The position numbers were made by a program, and so were the translations under genes. From the human T2T-CHM13v2.0 reference genome, Homo sapiens, in NCBI RefSeq assembly GCF_009914755.1, contig NC_060928.1: a stretch of DNA of 64,000 nt, one strand, 5' to 3'. Under the pieces are notes generated by a model. That model made no database searches. It was given only the letters and a program-made list of their open reading frames with translations, and was not told the origin of the DNA. Positions within the stretch are counted from its first letter, which is position 1. Each line of letters starts with the position of its first letter. Shown piece by piece: positions 29,433 through 46,043 of this stretch.

Positions 29433-30239
29433 TTATCAGAAAAAAAGCTGGACCTATACTACTGGAATTGAGAGACACAGAACATGGATTTAAGAGAACA
29501 CTCTCCTCACAGATGGTCCAGGCTCCAAGCTGAGAGCACTTGCCCTAGCCTCTCTCCTCATCTTGCCCCTCGTTCTGCAACAGGTTGAAAAAAAAAATCA
29601 GATGTTTACTCTGATTTTACTTTTCACATGCTCTTGATTTTCAAGCCCAGCTTCTTTGGGATACTGCTCCACTAGGCCCAGGCTGGCTTTGTGGACGTGC
29701 TACTCCACAGAGTGAAAAAATACAAGTCACAGGAATCCCAAGTCACATAGCAAGTCAGTTTTTTGGGACTCATTTAAACTCTGTTCAAGATTAACTTTTC
29801 ATTAGTTTTATTTGGTTAAATGTTGCTGTAAAGTTTCTTCTGCAACTATGGTATCAGATTATTTTTTATTTTTATTTTTTAGCAAGTAAGCAGTAAAGTG
29901 CATGCACTAAGTATTTTCATAAAAGGGGAAACTATGCTGTTTCTATCTTTTATAATCTAACTCCTTGTGATGCATGATTTGGGCATTAAGGGAGCTATTT
30001 AGCAGACAGGATCACACCCCTGACTTTCATCTTTGTGGACTTAAAATCAGTGAAAGTTCACAGAGATGTTTTTATTAGGCTGCGGTGAACAGTTCATTTC
30101 CTGCACTGACTTTTCATATCAGAAGACATAGTTAACTTTAAATCTTGTGATTTTTATTTCCTAGAAAAAGTCAAGAACAGCCTAACAAAGAGTCATGGGA
30201 CTTGCGGAAAAAGCCCCTAAACAAACTACATCTGACATC

Positions 30240-30945
30240 TAGGCCCTTCTCACTATCTGCAATGTCACCATCCTAGGGCAGTCAGCCATACCTCTTCCTG
30301 AGGTCACTACTTACGGTGGCCTCCTCATTGCTCTCTCTGTGTCAGTGAGCCTGATTCCTGTGTGCCTTCTGCACACAAAACAGCCAGGAGGATTTTTCAA
30401 AAAGTGTGAATTATATCAAGTCATTCCCCAACTAAAATTCTATAGGAACTTCCCTTGTGCTTAGGGTAAACCTGAAGTTCTTACTGTGGACATATGTCTG
30501 TATGTGGTCTGGCTCCTGCTTGTCTCTCCAGGCTCAGTCCACTATCTTATAGCCCCACTGGATTTCAAGTTCTTGAGTAGCTCTTTCAGGCCTCAGGACC
30601 TTCACGCATGCTGCTCTATTTAGAAACTTTCTCTCCATCCCATCCCTTTCTTCCAAGTGACTTTGTCCTTATTCTTGAGACTTCAGCTTAAATAACATTT
30701 TCCCAGGGAGAACTTCCCTGACTATCCTATTTCAACTAGACTTCTCACTCTTGTCATTAGTCTATTTTAGACTTTTTCAGAGCATTTATCATGATTGTCA
30801 TCATTTTTATTTTTCTTTTTTTCTGATTCCTGTGGTTGAATGTAGAGAGCCAAGATCATGATTTTGTCTTTTTCATTTGTATCCTTTTTGTGTAGGAAGC
30901 CATTTGGCACAAATTTAGGGACTCACCAAATAATTGTTGAATAAA
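30240..30945 (+). mobile_element. L2 LINE 3' region
   Basis: Degenerate L2 motifs ending AAATAATTGTTGAATAAA. Confidence 0.6.
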
Positions 30946-30999
30946 GAAACACTTTATTCTGATAGAGAAAACGGCTGCCTTTTCCAAGAAGTAGCCTTC

Positions 31000-31338
<339 letters not shown>

Positions 31339-33651
31339 TGCCTTTAAAGCTTTAATTTTATTAAACTCTATATGACATTCTGAAGTGTCAAAATAGTCTA
31401 GTTATAACATTTTTTGAGATTTTTCCCATCCAATTCCTTATGTTTTGTGGTCTTGTCTATTGTGAATTCTATGAATATGAATGTAAGCTTCATTTTATCT
31501 GCCATATCTCCAGTATCTATAACAGTGCTTGGCATATAGTAGGTATTATATATGTACTGATGCTACACAAAAGCTATCCAGGATGAAATTTCTGAATTGA
31601 TTTAGCACTAGGACCACAAACTCACAGAGCAGTGATTCTGAGAAAGTTTGCAAACTGGTAGCCTATCGGCTAGCAGTGTCCCAGAAAATTGTTATTATTT
31701 GACTTGGTTAATATTTTAACTTGTATTCAATCAGTTGCCAATATATTAGAATTGGGAGATTTCATATAAAAATCCTGATGTGACTTTTCTTAAAAAGCCA
31801 CAAATCTGGCCATATGGGGCCCTCTTTGCCACTTGCCACAATGGGCTCAAGCTGCCCCTTTTGGGGGTGCATCTCCTCTCCATTTGCATTTTCTATTCAT
31901 TTGTGTTGATGAAAGAATCATACCCCATTACAATCATCCTGAAAATAATAGTGGGGGATTTTAAAACTAGGTAAATATAGAATTCCAACAGAAAATTCAT
32001 CAGAAATGAAGAACTAACTCAGGGAATATTTGTGCAAGACTGAGATGGCGTCAGGCCTGATCAGTTCTTCAGAGATTTGTTCAAAGCTCTCTGCAAGCGT
32101 TGCAGTAGGTAGTGGCTGGAATAGAAATTCTTTACCCTTGAGATCTTCTCTCTTGTTAAATTCTGGGCATGGAGTAAGAAGTTAAATCATTTTCTTCCTC
32201 TCAGGACCAAACTAACTTGGCTCATAGTTATTCAAGGATACCACACCCCTAACTTCCAAAGAAAGGAGGAAACAATATAAAGGCAATATTCAAATCTACT
32301 CCTGGGTCACATACTTTGAAAGTTGGCAAACAACTAGTGCCTTGACGAGTCAAAGTGCACATTCCATCAATTGAGGGTGAGTTAGCAGGAGCGCAGCATC
32401 GCCTTCATCACCATCACCATCATTATCATCATTTTGGAAATCTGAGTTTTAATATGGACCTTTGGAAACAAGTTGCTATAAAGGGGGTGAAGTTAACATT
32501 TGATCAGAAAATACTTTGGCCATGTGGACAATAGGGTCAAAATAAGAAATGATCTATGAGAACTGGCGATGAGTTATTGGCTCAAGTAAATTTAGACTGA
32601 CATCAAAATGATAATTAAGTTTATGATAATTTTGCTTTTAGAATTTGATTTTTTGCTTCCATTTACTGGTTTTGGTCATTACGGAAAAAAAAATAGGCCT
32701 GATGAGGGTAAAAACATCCAGTATTGCTGAATTTGATTTGGTCTAGCAATTAGATGCATTTTTATAAGTGCTACTAATTGTCCCTTAAAATAAACTGGAA
32801 TGTCACAGTCTAAAATTACTCATCTATTTTGAAATCTAATTTATTGCTTCCACTTAAATGTTTACAGATTATAGTAAAAAATAAGAACTATCAAAATTAT
32901 AAAATGTTTAAGTATAACTTTGAGGAATTTATCATTCATGATTTAATTAAGCAGTTTTTTGCAGCTGTACATATTCATTCCTGGGTAAAAATATCTTGCT
33001 CCAGCAGTACTATTGAAAATCAGAATTTTTTCTACAAGAAGATTTGCTCTTTTTTTTTTCCTTAAAAATGTAAGAAAACAAGAATTTAGGAAATTAGAAA
33101 AGAATTATTTTTAAATGTGGAAAAAATTAACATGTAGTCACTCACTGGAATAGTAGCACTGCTCCATATAACGGACCGCTACCTTGGATTGTGATTAATC
33201 TGCAATTTCTGGTCCACCTGGGCCCTTAGGATAGAGCAGCTGAGCTTCAGAATCACTGATGGAGTTAATTAAAAGCATACATGTCCCTGGAGCTTCTAAT
33301 TCCTTCATTCTAGGCTGAAACCTGAAAATCTGTATTTTTGTCAGGTGTATCTGAGGGTCACCCATATTAGGCAAGTACTAGGCTAGTTCCAGAGGATTTA
33401 GAGACACTAGAGGGACCTGAAATGGATTTGTCATCTTGTTCTTCAAACTCACGTGAGCCTGAAACCCATGATCTGAACCAGACAAGAGCCCCCCAGTCTG
33501 ATTTGGTCCTTATATTCCATTAATCTCAGATTCAAATGCTTAATCTGAGTTGAATGATTTCAGGGGATTGGCAATCAGAAGACTTGGTTCTAGGCATCTT
33601 TTTGCTTCTAACTGGCGATATGAAGTCAATCTTTTTTTGGCATTACCATCT

Positions 33652-34186
33652 TGTAACTGTTACAGTTTTGTTGCCCAACGCGCAGTGGTTCAACATACCA
33701 AGGAACCAGGGGTTGCGGCAGAGAAAGAGTTTAATCATCTCATAGGGCAGCAAAATGAGGAGATGGGAGGAAACCTCAAATCCACCTCCCTGAGAGACTG
33801 GGGTATGAAGTTTTTAAGGGATCTGGATGTGTAATGGGCTAAAGTGTGAGGATTGCTGATTGGTCACAAAGTAAGAGGTGAAACTGTGGAACAGAGAGAT
33901 AAAGAATCTGCATTCTTATGCTGAGTCCCTTGGCAGGGTCTTCAGATGGGTTGGCGTTTGCTGGAATTCATAATCTGAAAAGTAATTTTGGGGAAAAAGG
34001 TCCAGTCCGAGATTCCATCTATAGGAGCAATGAAGGACCAGGTGGTCAGCGAGCTACCTGACTGTTGATTAGTTAGCAGCTGCAAGAAAGTGGGTCGAAG
34101 TGCACCAGCACAGCCTGATCAATGCCTGACTAAATCTGCCTAAAGCCTGGATTGTAATTCTCATTAACCCTGCGAGGGCAGTTTCA
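33652..34186 (-). mobile_element. ERV1 (MER4-group) solo LTR
   Basis: TG...CA termini with 4-bp TSD ATCT (33648-33651, 34187-34190); GGAGATGGGAGGAAACCTCAAATCCACCTCCC motif; subfamily not resolved. Confidence 0.7.
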
Positions 34187-34240
34187 ATCTGTAAAATAAA
34201 GAAGGTGGGATAAATGGTCCCTATGAAAAGGATTACAAAG

Positions 34241-34574
34241 CAGTGGTCCCAGGGCATATCCAACCTGCAGACTAATTCTACTTGGGCCTACATGGTCTTT
34301 GAAAATGAATTTCAGTTATGTTCCAAATAGGGATATCCAACCCTCTAAAAATCTGGATTTTCAGATTCTCTTGGAAAATTGAAAATTCTGGGCAATACTG
34401 GGTCTCCTGTTCCTATCTTGTAACTCTGCTGGGTAGAGTAGTGTTTGTTCCTTTGAAATAGGCCATGTGTTCTTATATTCCAACAGTAGCTTCCGCTCTT
34501 CCCCAGCAGCCTGCTCATCCATTTATGTTTCCTGCTCAGCGCCTGGAGCTGCTGGAGCTGTTGACTCGCCCCTA
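34241..34574. mobile_element. hAT-Charlie relic (MER102-like); a related copy lies at ~31630-31870
   Basis: AAAAATCTGGATTTTCAGATTCTCTTGGAAAA...GGCAATACTGGG motif. Confidence 0.45.
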
Positions 34575-34736
34575 GGTCATTTTCAGGGTTAAGGTTTCTG
34601 GATTCTCCAGTTTACATCTAAGAGCTGGGTCCTTTAACCAGGCCTGGCCTGATTGGCACCCTCCTTAATTTTTGAGTCTGAAAAGCAATTTTTGCTGTTT
34701 CTTTTTCAGGATACAGTGAGTCTTTAAAGAAGAGGT

Positions 34737-35113
<377 letters not shown>

Positions 35114-35706
35114 CTATGTTTACAAATTCCTAAGTACAATATACCCAAGTGGATCTTATTTAGGCCAAATGTTTGTACCATGGGTTATGTGAAGTTCTAG
35201 CAAGAGCAAAGAGATTACTTAATTGCCAGGATTTTAATGACAATTGTACGGCACTGAGTCTAAAATCTTTGTACCAATATAATAATTGCTGGATGACTAG
35301 AATTACTGAAAGGAAGTGGCTTTTCTAGGAAAACAAACAGTGGGAAATTTTTTTTAGCTTTTTCAGAAGCATCTTAAGCCTAAAGGTGGGGAAGTTAGGG
35401 TTGAGAGATACGTGTTTGAGATGCTGTGGAACTGATATAGACCTGCTTGTGAATTAATCAGATCTGACAGTTATCAAAGGGACTGACTTATCAGGATGTG
35501 CCCTTCACACCACTTCCACTTAAACTCAAAATATGCCAAATGCAGAGTGGGTAGAGCAGATATTCTTAGCTTCCCTAAGGCAAAGTGGTCTCAAAAGTAC
35601 ACTTCCTGTGATCTCTTACCTCAATTCAAATCAAGCATCCCTGGTCCCCAGTAATGGGCATGATTCTACATTACAAAAGATGGACACAATTTGAGCCCAG
35701 AGCTAG

Positions 35707-36044
<338 letters not shown>

Positions 36045-36423
36045 AACTGTTGAATGTTTTAAAGGAGCCCATTTTTGAGAAATAAACAATGTGCTATGTA
36101 AATGAGAGAAGGATATCATTTAGATCGGGCCTGGAAGGATGAGTTGAGTTGGATGGTGAAATGACAAGGAGCATTTAGGCAAAGAATCTGTCAATAGCAA
36201 CATGTGTTTTGGGGACCCCGAGTGATCTGCTGTGACTGGAGTTGAAGCTTCTTGGATGATGAGAGAAATAAAAAGGAATGAGAATTGGCAAGAAACAAGG
36301 CTAGAAAGCTAAGTTATAGCCAAATTGAGTACAGTCTTGAATGCCATGCTATGGCATTGGAACATTATTTTTAGGTAATAGTGGGTGTCATTGAATGTTT
36401 TTGAGACAGGCGTCAGAAATACC

Positions 36424-36726
36424 TTTTTTTTTTTTTTTTTTGAGGAGGGGTTTCAGTCTGTTGCCCAGGCTGGAGTGCAGTGTTGCGATCATGGCAAACT
36501 GCAGTCTTAACCTTCCAGGCTGAAGTGTTGCTCCCACCTTAGCCTTCTGAGTAGCTGGGACCACAGGTGTGTGCCACCACACCTGGCTAATTTTTAAATT
36601 TTCTTCTGTAGAGACAAAGCCTCGCTATGTTCCCCGGGCTGGTCTTGAATTCCTGGGCTCAAGCAATCTTCTCACCTTGTCCCCACAAATTGCTGGGATT
36701 ACAGGTGTGAGTCACCGTGCCCAGGC
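36424..36726 (-). mobile_element. Alu (AluJ)
   Basis: Antisense dimer; CAGAAATA on both flanks. Confidence 0.9.
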
Positions 36727-38306
36727 AGAAATATCATATTTTTGTTTTAGAAAAATAACTCTCCCTGCAGTGTGCAGCATGGATTGGAGAGGCGGGAATG
36801 ATGGAGGATGGGTGGGGCGCGGAAGAAGCAAAGTTCTATTGAGTTTTCTAACTTGGGTTTGTCATTATCTTCTGCCTTAAATCTAAAAAAATTAAAAAAG
36901 AAAACAAAAAACTATCCATTCATATTTCGTTCATTAACATTTGTTAACTGTTAATTTAAGGTTAGATTTGAATAACAGTCCTTCCAGTAAATTGAATTAT
37001 TCTGTTAAAATAAATAATATGTATTATTTTATTCTAATATACTCTTTCATTAAAAGCATACATAAAAAAAATCACAGCTTAATTATTTAAGGATTCCTCT
37101 CACCTCCTTTATGAATTTCCCCTTTATGTCTTTCACTGTAGTCTAAGCAATTTTTTGGTACTTTATGAGCAATACAAGGAAGTTTGGCCACTGAATCAGT
37201 AATGGGAGTTTGAGGTTCAGACTGGGGAACTGAATGATTCTGGATATCCCTGCTTTCATTTGCTGTCAAAGCTGAAAGTGTTCTAAGACATATAGAATGG
37301 AAATTATTAAGTCAAATGTAATAAACCAATAAGCAAGAAATCTTATTATGACAAGAAGTAACAATGAAAAAGATGCATAACCCATTGAGAAGGGGACGAA
37401 ACATACGTATTACTATTTCTAGCATGTTTTACATTGGTCCATTATATATGGGACCTGTTTCAGCCTCGTAGAAAATGGATGATTTTCAGCAAAATCTACC
37501 AATGGCAGGCCTTTGGGGACACTGGAGGGAAAGGGAGCCCTTATGTATAAAATGCAATTATAGCCATGCAAAATGGCTTATTGCTGGGTCTGGCATTATT
37601 GTACTGCTCTGGTAGAGACATACTTAAAGGTTCTATTCCTATAAACTGTGGGAAATGATGGCTGGTAAAGAACATAAGGCTGTTTCATGAATTTCACATA
37701 ACTTCAGATACATTCTGCCCACCAATATGCATGGGAAGAAGAATCCCATGGAATGAGAAAAAACTGAATTTGATATTTTATTACTTTGCTAATACTTTTT
37801 ATTATTTTGGAGAATTATAAACTTTATACGTGCCTTTATTAAGTAGGACTGTTACTAATTATAGATTAATATTATCTTACTAAAAATAATACAATTTCAG
37901 AATGTTTTGGTTGGAAAGATGGCAAAGAGCAATTAATACACTCATAGAAATCACACTTTGAGCTAAGAGAACAGATGGAGTTGAAGACACCTGCCTCCAA
38001 GTTCCTATACGGTGACAGTGATGGACTCTAGGAATTTATGGCAGCAATTCTCTGTCATGTAATCATAAAAGCCACAGTGTAACACAAGATTATTTGCTGC
38101 TTTCCTGCCAATACACGGCGGTCAAGGTTAAGACCTCCAGAGTCAGACAGGATTGTTCTGGAAAGCTGCTGTGCTGCTTACTAACTGTGTGGTCTGAAGC
38201 AACAGACCTACCTAGCCTCTCCGTAATTCACTTTTCTCATCTGTAAAATGGAAATGACACTATTCTAGGGTCGTTTTGGGTTTTAAATGAGATAATTTAT
38301 TGAAAG

Positions 38307-38534
38307 CAGGATTTATCAACTTCAGCACTATTGCGATGTGGGCTGGATAATCCTTTGTTGTGGGAGGTTGTCCTGTGCATTGCAAGATGTTTAGCAGCAC
38401 CCTGGCCTCCATCCACTAAATGCCAGTTTCACCTCCCCACTCTCCTCCTCCCCTAGTTGTGGCAACTGAAAATGTCTCCAGGCACTGCCAAATGTCCTCT
38501 GGTGTGCAAAACCACTCCTCCACTGTAACCAGTG
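38307..38534. mobile_element. MER20 hAT transposon inserted in a MIR (~38115-38600)
   Basis: CAGCACTATTG...GGCTGGATAATCCTTTGTTGTGGG...GTCCTGTGCATTG...AAAATGTCTCCAGGCACTGCCAAATGTCC. Confidence 0.85.
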
Positions 38535-40029
38535 ATTTTAGGAATCTACCTGGCACACAGTAAACACAAAAAATTAGCTCTCACTATTATTATTATTTTG
38601 TATTCCTATTAAGGAGCAGTAATTTTGTATTTACAAAATCTTTGTTTCTTTTCTTGGCCTTCATGAAAATGTGTAGAAAACTGGTAAAATGCAAGGCATA
38701 GGGAAAAGATGAGCCACAAACTGTAGAACCAGCTTCTGAACAGTTTTGTTAAATGTAGTGATTATCTTTTTCTCTCGTTCTCTAAGGAGGAGAAGGTGAC
38801 CCCATACCTAACCCTTGGATACTTTCTGATGTGTTCCAAATTTTACCATGCCCTGCACATGCCTGAGTCAAGGGAATGTTGTCACCATACCAAGCCTGCT
38901 GTATGAGGAAAAGAGAAAAAGATAACATGGTTAAATCACTTGCATGCTATTAATACAAGTTGCGCTCTGGTGAGCCAAACCATCCCCGAATGTAATTTCC
39001 GTGTATTTCTTCACCTCTCACCTTCTACCATTGCTATTACTTAACCCACTGACCCAGATAGCTGCTTATTAACATTTAATACATGTTGAAGTGTTAGTGG
39101 GCTTTGAACAAAACATGAAGAAGTTTCTGATTTGCTTTTAGCTCATTGCCCTTGAACCATTACATGAGTAATTCTTTAAAGTCCTGCTCTGTCATTGCTA
39201 TAACCGTGGTATGCATATTTTCTTTAAGATAAAAATGAACAATTTATGAAAAAGAATTTCCTCCCTCCTCCATGCATGCAAGCTTTCATTCATTTAATGA
39301 ATGTTGATGAGTTCCTATTATGCTAGACATTCTAGGCTGGAGAGGTCACAATGAACAGACATGGTGTTTATTTTCCAGTTGCTTGTAGTGGGGGAGGTGG
39401 GAGGCTGGGAGACAGGAGCACGTAAGAGGGAGATTACAACACAGTGTGAGAAGTACAAAGACATAGAAGGTGTGTGTCTGTAGGCACACAAGGGACAAGT
39501 GAAATCCATCCAAGGGCCCCTAACCAGTCTTAGGGGTTAGAAATGTTTTCCCCATTTAAAAACAAATGAAAATAGAAGTAGCCTCATTCCCCTCCTAAAT
39601 AAATAAATAGTCACACTGAGAAAAATACGGGATTCAATCAGGTGGGAACCTGAAAGTCTGTGACATCTGAAGTGTGTAGTCCTCATATATGCAAAATGCA
39701 AGGGCATTTCAGAATAGGGATGTTTAATTTGACATAAATATTTATTAATTCCTAAGTTCATTCCAGAAAATATTTGCCATAGCTAAATTGGGCAAATAGC
39801 AACTTATTTTTTTATTTCTTAAAATGTAAAAGTAATACATGAACATGTTTGAATAAAAGTTCAAACATTACAGAAACAAACAGAGGAAGAAGTGAACTCC
39901 TCTACCTAGCCCCCTCCCCCTCATTCCTTAATTTTACCCTCCTAGCCAAAGATGAGCAATTAACAGTTTGGTTCATGTCTTTTCAGAGATATATTTATAT
40001 AAAGTCACATTATCAGCATCTTGGTATGA

Positions 40030-40417
<388 letters not shown>

Positions 40418-41149
40418 TAAACTTTGTGTGAACAAACAGAGATTAATCTTATTTCTTTGGCGCATGACATCTCTAAAAGCATTATTAAAAAATACTCTTG
40501 AGAAGATAGATTAATGCTACAGCAGAGATGCCAATGATGGAAGAGTTGCTGGAAAAATTACTAATAATAAGGGACAATTTGAAAAATAATTCCTGGTCAC
40601 CTGAGGTCAGCCCAGAGGCCCAGTTCTTTCCAAAAGGCCCAGTGTACATGGTTAAGAAGCTTTTCAGTATGCAAACAAAAGAATGCCCCTGACCCCTTCT
40701 CCCTGCTGGGCTGGCTTTTGCTGGCTGGTGTAATTTACCTTCCAGCCACCCAGCGCTCTCCAACTGCACTGTGCCAGGCTCCAAGCTGTCTGGAAGAGAG
40801 GCTGGCTGGCTCCAAGACCCAGAGGCCACAGTCTGAGACTCAGATGAAGTTTTTGTGGTTAACAACAAATGTTAACTTATTTTCTGATGACTGCTGGAGT
40901 CTTGGGATACTACCTGATCCTCCTAGATTGTTGTCTAGTATAATTTTTCATACTTTGCTTTTTTTCATAATAATGCCCTAAGAGGGCAATTTGAGTAGAA
41001 GCAACGTTGGATTTATGGTTTAAACATTGCGTTTAAACGTCCACTCTCTCCACTGTTTATTAAAATGGATAGACTGGCTAAATCGCATATCCTCACTGAG
41101 CCACAATTAGTTTTAATAGCTATACAACTGGAATAGTAAAAAAATGTAT

Positions 41150-41340
41150 ATCTGTCATTTATTGGGTGCTTCCTATATGCCAGGCACTGCTTTTAGCACT
41201 TTACATATATTAACTCATGTAATAGTCATCATAGCCCTAGGAGGTGGTTATGACCCTATTCTCACCCTATTTTACAGATGAAAAAATTGAGGTGCAGGAA
41301 GGTTAAATAACTTGCCCAAGGTCACACAGCTAGGGAGTGA
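41150..41340 (-). mobile_element. MIR SINE
   Basis: ATTTTACAGATGAAAAAATTGAGG...AACTTGCCCAAGGTCACACAGCTAG. Confidence 0.85.
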
Positions 41341-41446
41341 AAGCAAAAGGTGCAGTGTTTGAAGAGGAATGAAGAGAGAAGTTGGAGTGGTTTCAGTAGC
41401 TCCACTTGGCCACCAGAGCTAGCCAGGACAAAGAGTTAGGGAACAT

Positions 41447-41799
41447 TCTTTTTTCCTTTCACTTTTTTTTTCTTTTCTTTTCTTTTTGTTTTTTGAGACA
41501 GATTCTCACTCTGTTGCCCAGGCTGGAGTGCAATGGGTGAGCTCAGCTCACTGCAACCTCTGATTCCCATGTTCAAGCCATTTTCCTGCCTCAGCCTCAA
41601 GCCATTTTCATGCCTCAGCCTCCTGAGTAGCTGGGACTACAGGAACATGCCACCATGCCTGGCTAATTTTTGTATCTTTAGTAGAGACGAGGTTTCACCA
41701 TGTTGGCCATACTGTTCTTGAACTCCTGACCTCAGGTGATTCGCCTGCCTTGGCCTCCCAAAGTGCTGGGATTCCAGGAGTGAGCCACCGCACCCTGCC
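41447..41799 (-). mobile_element. Alu (AluS) with 24-bp internal duplication
   Basis: Antisense dimer; duplication at 41573-41620. Confidence 0.95.
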
Positions 41800-42517
41800 T
41801 TTTCCTTTAACTATTGCCCTCATATCAGATAATTAAAATTTTAGAGCTGGATGGAACCTCAGAGATAAGAGATCATCTGGGGCAAACCTCTCATTTTAAG
41901 AGGGACAACAGTAGGTCCAGAGCATTGAAGGGATTTGGACAAGGCTCAAACTTGCTGATAAGAGTGCAGGGCAAAGATTTTGCTGACTATGGTCCTGTCA
42001 TTCCCTTGGTTTTCTCCATTTGGTTAAATACCGTCAACAATTTAAAACCACTGTTTATTGTGGAAAAAGTTAAACATCTACAAAAGTATAACGAACCTCT
42101 GCATCCTGCCTCCCAGGCTTCAGCAACCATTTGGCCAATCCTGCTTCATCTATCTTCCCACCCACGTCCTACTGCCCCTCACCCCCGCTCCACTGGAAAA
42201 TTTTGAAGTGACTCTCAGGCATCATAGGATTTCATCATAAGTACTGAATATATCACTAAACTATAAAGACTCTGTTTTTAAGGTTAGTACAATGCTATTA
42301 TCACACCTTAAAAATTATCTTGCTTAAAATCATCAAATATCCTGTCAGTGTTCAAATTATCCCATTTGCCACACATATTTATTTTTATAGTTGGTCTGCA
42401 GGAAGCAAGTTTTGAACTTTTATTCAGTATAAGACACTGTAGAGGACACAGAGATGGCTAAAAAAAAATCCCTTTGGTTCTAAACAGTAAAGTGTGAAGA
42501 TGAAAACCTACTATTAA

Positions 42518-42958
<441 letters not shown>

Positions 42959-42960
42959 TG

Positions 42961-43101
42961 TTTTATTTTATTTTATTTTATTTTATTTTTGAGATAGAAT
43001 CTTGCTATGCTGTCCAGGCTGATCTAGAACTCCTGGGCTCAAGTGATTCTCCTGCCTCAGCCTTCTGAGTAGCTGAGACTACAAGCATGGGCCCAGCTGG
43101 C
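42961..43101 (-). mobile_element. Alu monomer (FLAM-like)
   Basis: Single antisense arm with (TTTTA)n tail. Confidence 0.85.
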
Positions 43102-43471
43102 TACCTGGGTTCCAAGCCTACCTCCACCACTTCCTAACCAGGTGATCTCAAGTAAGTCACTTGACCTTTCAGTGCCTTCCTTTCCTTATCTGTAAAATGG
43201 GGCTAATGATAGACCTACCTCAAAGCGTTGTTTGAAGGAGAAATGCGATAATACAAGCAAACACTTCCATCAGCACATGAACCATCAGGATTAATTAATA
43301 AACATTAGCTAGTATTATATCTTGATATGGTTATGGCCCATAAATAAGTCTTAAAGTCACTTGTGTAGTAAAAAGATGGGTATTCCAATCATTATGCCAT
43401 GAATATACAATTATGTATTATTTAATGATAATGAGAATGATGATTATTTTGGCCAGAAATTTTTTTTTTAA

Positions 43472-43807
<336 letters not shown>

Positions 43808-44021
43808 CCCTATTGGTGTTTTTCAACTGGCTTAAGCTCTCTCTCTCTCTCCCTGACACCCCACAATCTTCACACCTTCCTCTGAAGCTGAGGTCAAAAG
43901 CATTCAGTACTTGCAGCCACATTTCCAGGGCATTTCTGTCCTAAAGGGCCTTAGGGATAGAAGAGACCTGATTCCTAACTGAAAAGGGTGGCAGCAGAGA
44001 AGTTTCCACAACCCCTATCCT

Positions 44022-44120
44022 CAGGATAACCGTTCATCCTGGAGTGCCTAGTTGATGCCTTTTGTTCTTTTTCACTACTAGAAGTGTCCTAGTATGGATG
44101 ATAAATTATATGATCACCCT
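44022..44120 (-). mobile_element. MER94-like hAT MITE
   Basis: Ends GGATGATAAATTATATGATCACCCT. Confidence 0.55.
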
Positions 44121-44396
44121 ACTTATACGCAACTCAAAATATCAGGTGTGTTTTAAAAAACACACCTTGTAGAGTCAACCTTTCCTCATTTATCTCTTTC
44201 CTCTTGCCTCGGGTCCCTGCCAAGTAAATATACCCATCTCCAGAGTCACTTTAACCACTGGAGGCCTGTGGTCTAGTAATGATCAGAGACTCCTGTCGTT
44301 CGGAATGGTTTATGCTACAGCACCTGTATAATAAAGGCCATGTTCATGTTGCTATTTTTCCATTGTGTTAATAGTTTCTGTCAATCAACAATGAGG

Positions 44397-44717
<321 letters not shown>

Positions 44718-44891
44718 TCATTTAGTTGCAAATGTTAAGAATTGCATACAGATTATAAACAGTTCTGTCTCCCCAGTCCCCCACCAATCAGGAAACTTGA
44801 TTTATCTTTACTCTTTCTTGTGTTAAACACATATTTACTCCTTGTATTTACTCAACCATTTAAGACTTTTATTCTTAAGAATAAAAAGAAG

Positions 44892-45225
<334 letters not shown>

Positions 45226-46043
45226 AGAAGAAGAAAACCAGGTTTTTCTCCTGCAGCAATGTAATGTAACTTCTTTATCAGATCAGAAGGAAAATAATAA
45301 AAGTAAAAAGAGTCATGATGTTCACTATGAGATTAACATAGATTTGGATTATACAAATTTATGACAATAATAATAATATATTGGATTTCCTGGGGCCAAA
45401 ACAAATCCTGATGAAGTAAAAAACATAGGGAAAAGCCTCCAGATGCATAATTTGTCAGCAATTATGGTTTTGTAAACACAGTGCCTGTTGGGTGCCTGGC
45501 CTGCCTGGCTTTGTTTTGGGCAAGCCCTTTGTTTGAGACTCACAGTTGACTTACAGTACAATTTCCTCCAATAATTTATGATTTAGTAAAGAGGCTGTGA
45601 CAAGGTTACAAATAATTGTTATATAAGCCAGAAAAAGATGTATGACTTAAAAGATGTCTGAACCATGTGCTAAGGAGATTTACGGAACTCTAAAGTTTAG
45701 AAATACTCCTAAATCTGGGAAGCAACACAGATTTAGATAAGATGCCCTATTACTTTATGTATGTATGTACACATGTATTTCTGTGCAGTGCCTTTGTTGT
45801 AGGAAGTTCTCAGGAATGATTGTTGATAATTATGAAAGAGTTACCTATTAGTATCATATTTTAAATACTCATATATACATTGGGACTCTAGGGTTTTTAA
45901 ATTCACCCTACACACTTCCATTTCTCACTGGACTTGTTCCTTCTGGTTTCTAATGTTCATTCTTCCATCTTGGCTTTAGATTGTGTTTCCACTTCCCTTT
46001 TCAAATCACCCTCCCCCCTCACCTGGATCTTCCAGATCTGTTT

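Noticed and set aside
29723-29757. Three CAAGTCA motifs in 35 bp
   Set aside because: Short motif, compatible with local slippage or chance; no other support
32402-32432. CAT/CAC run that would encode poly-His
   Set aside because: Short imperfect trinucleotide repeat with no supporting ORF or splice context
37300-37800. Repeat-free AT-rich stretch that might be a conserved non-coding element
   Set aside because: Conservation cannot be judged from a single sequence and no distinctive motif structure was seen
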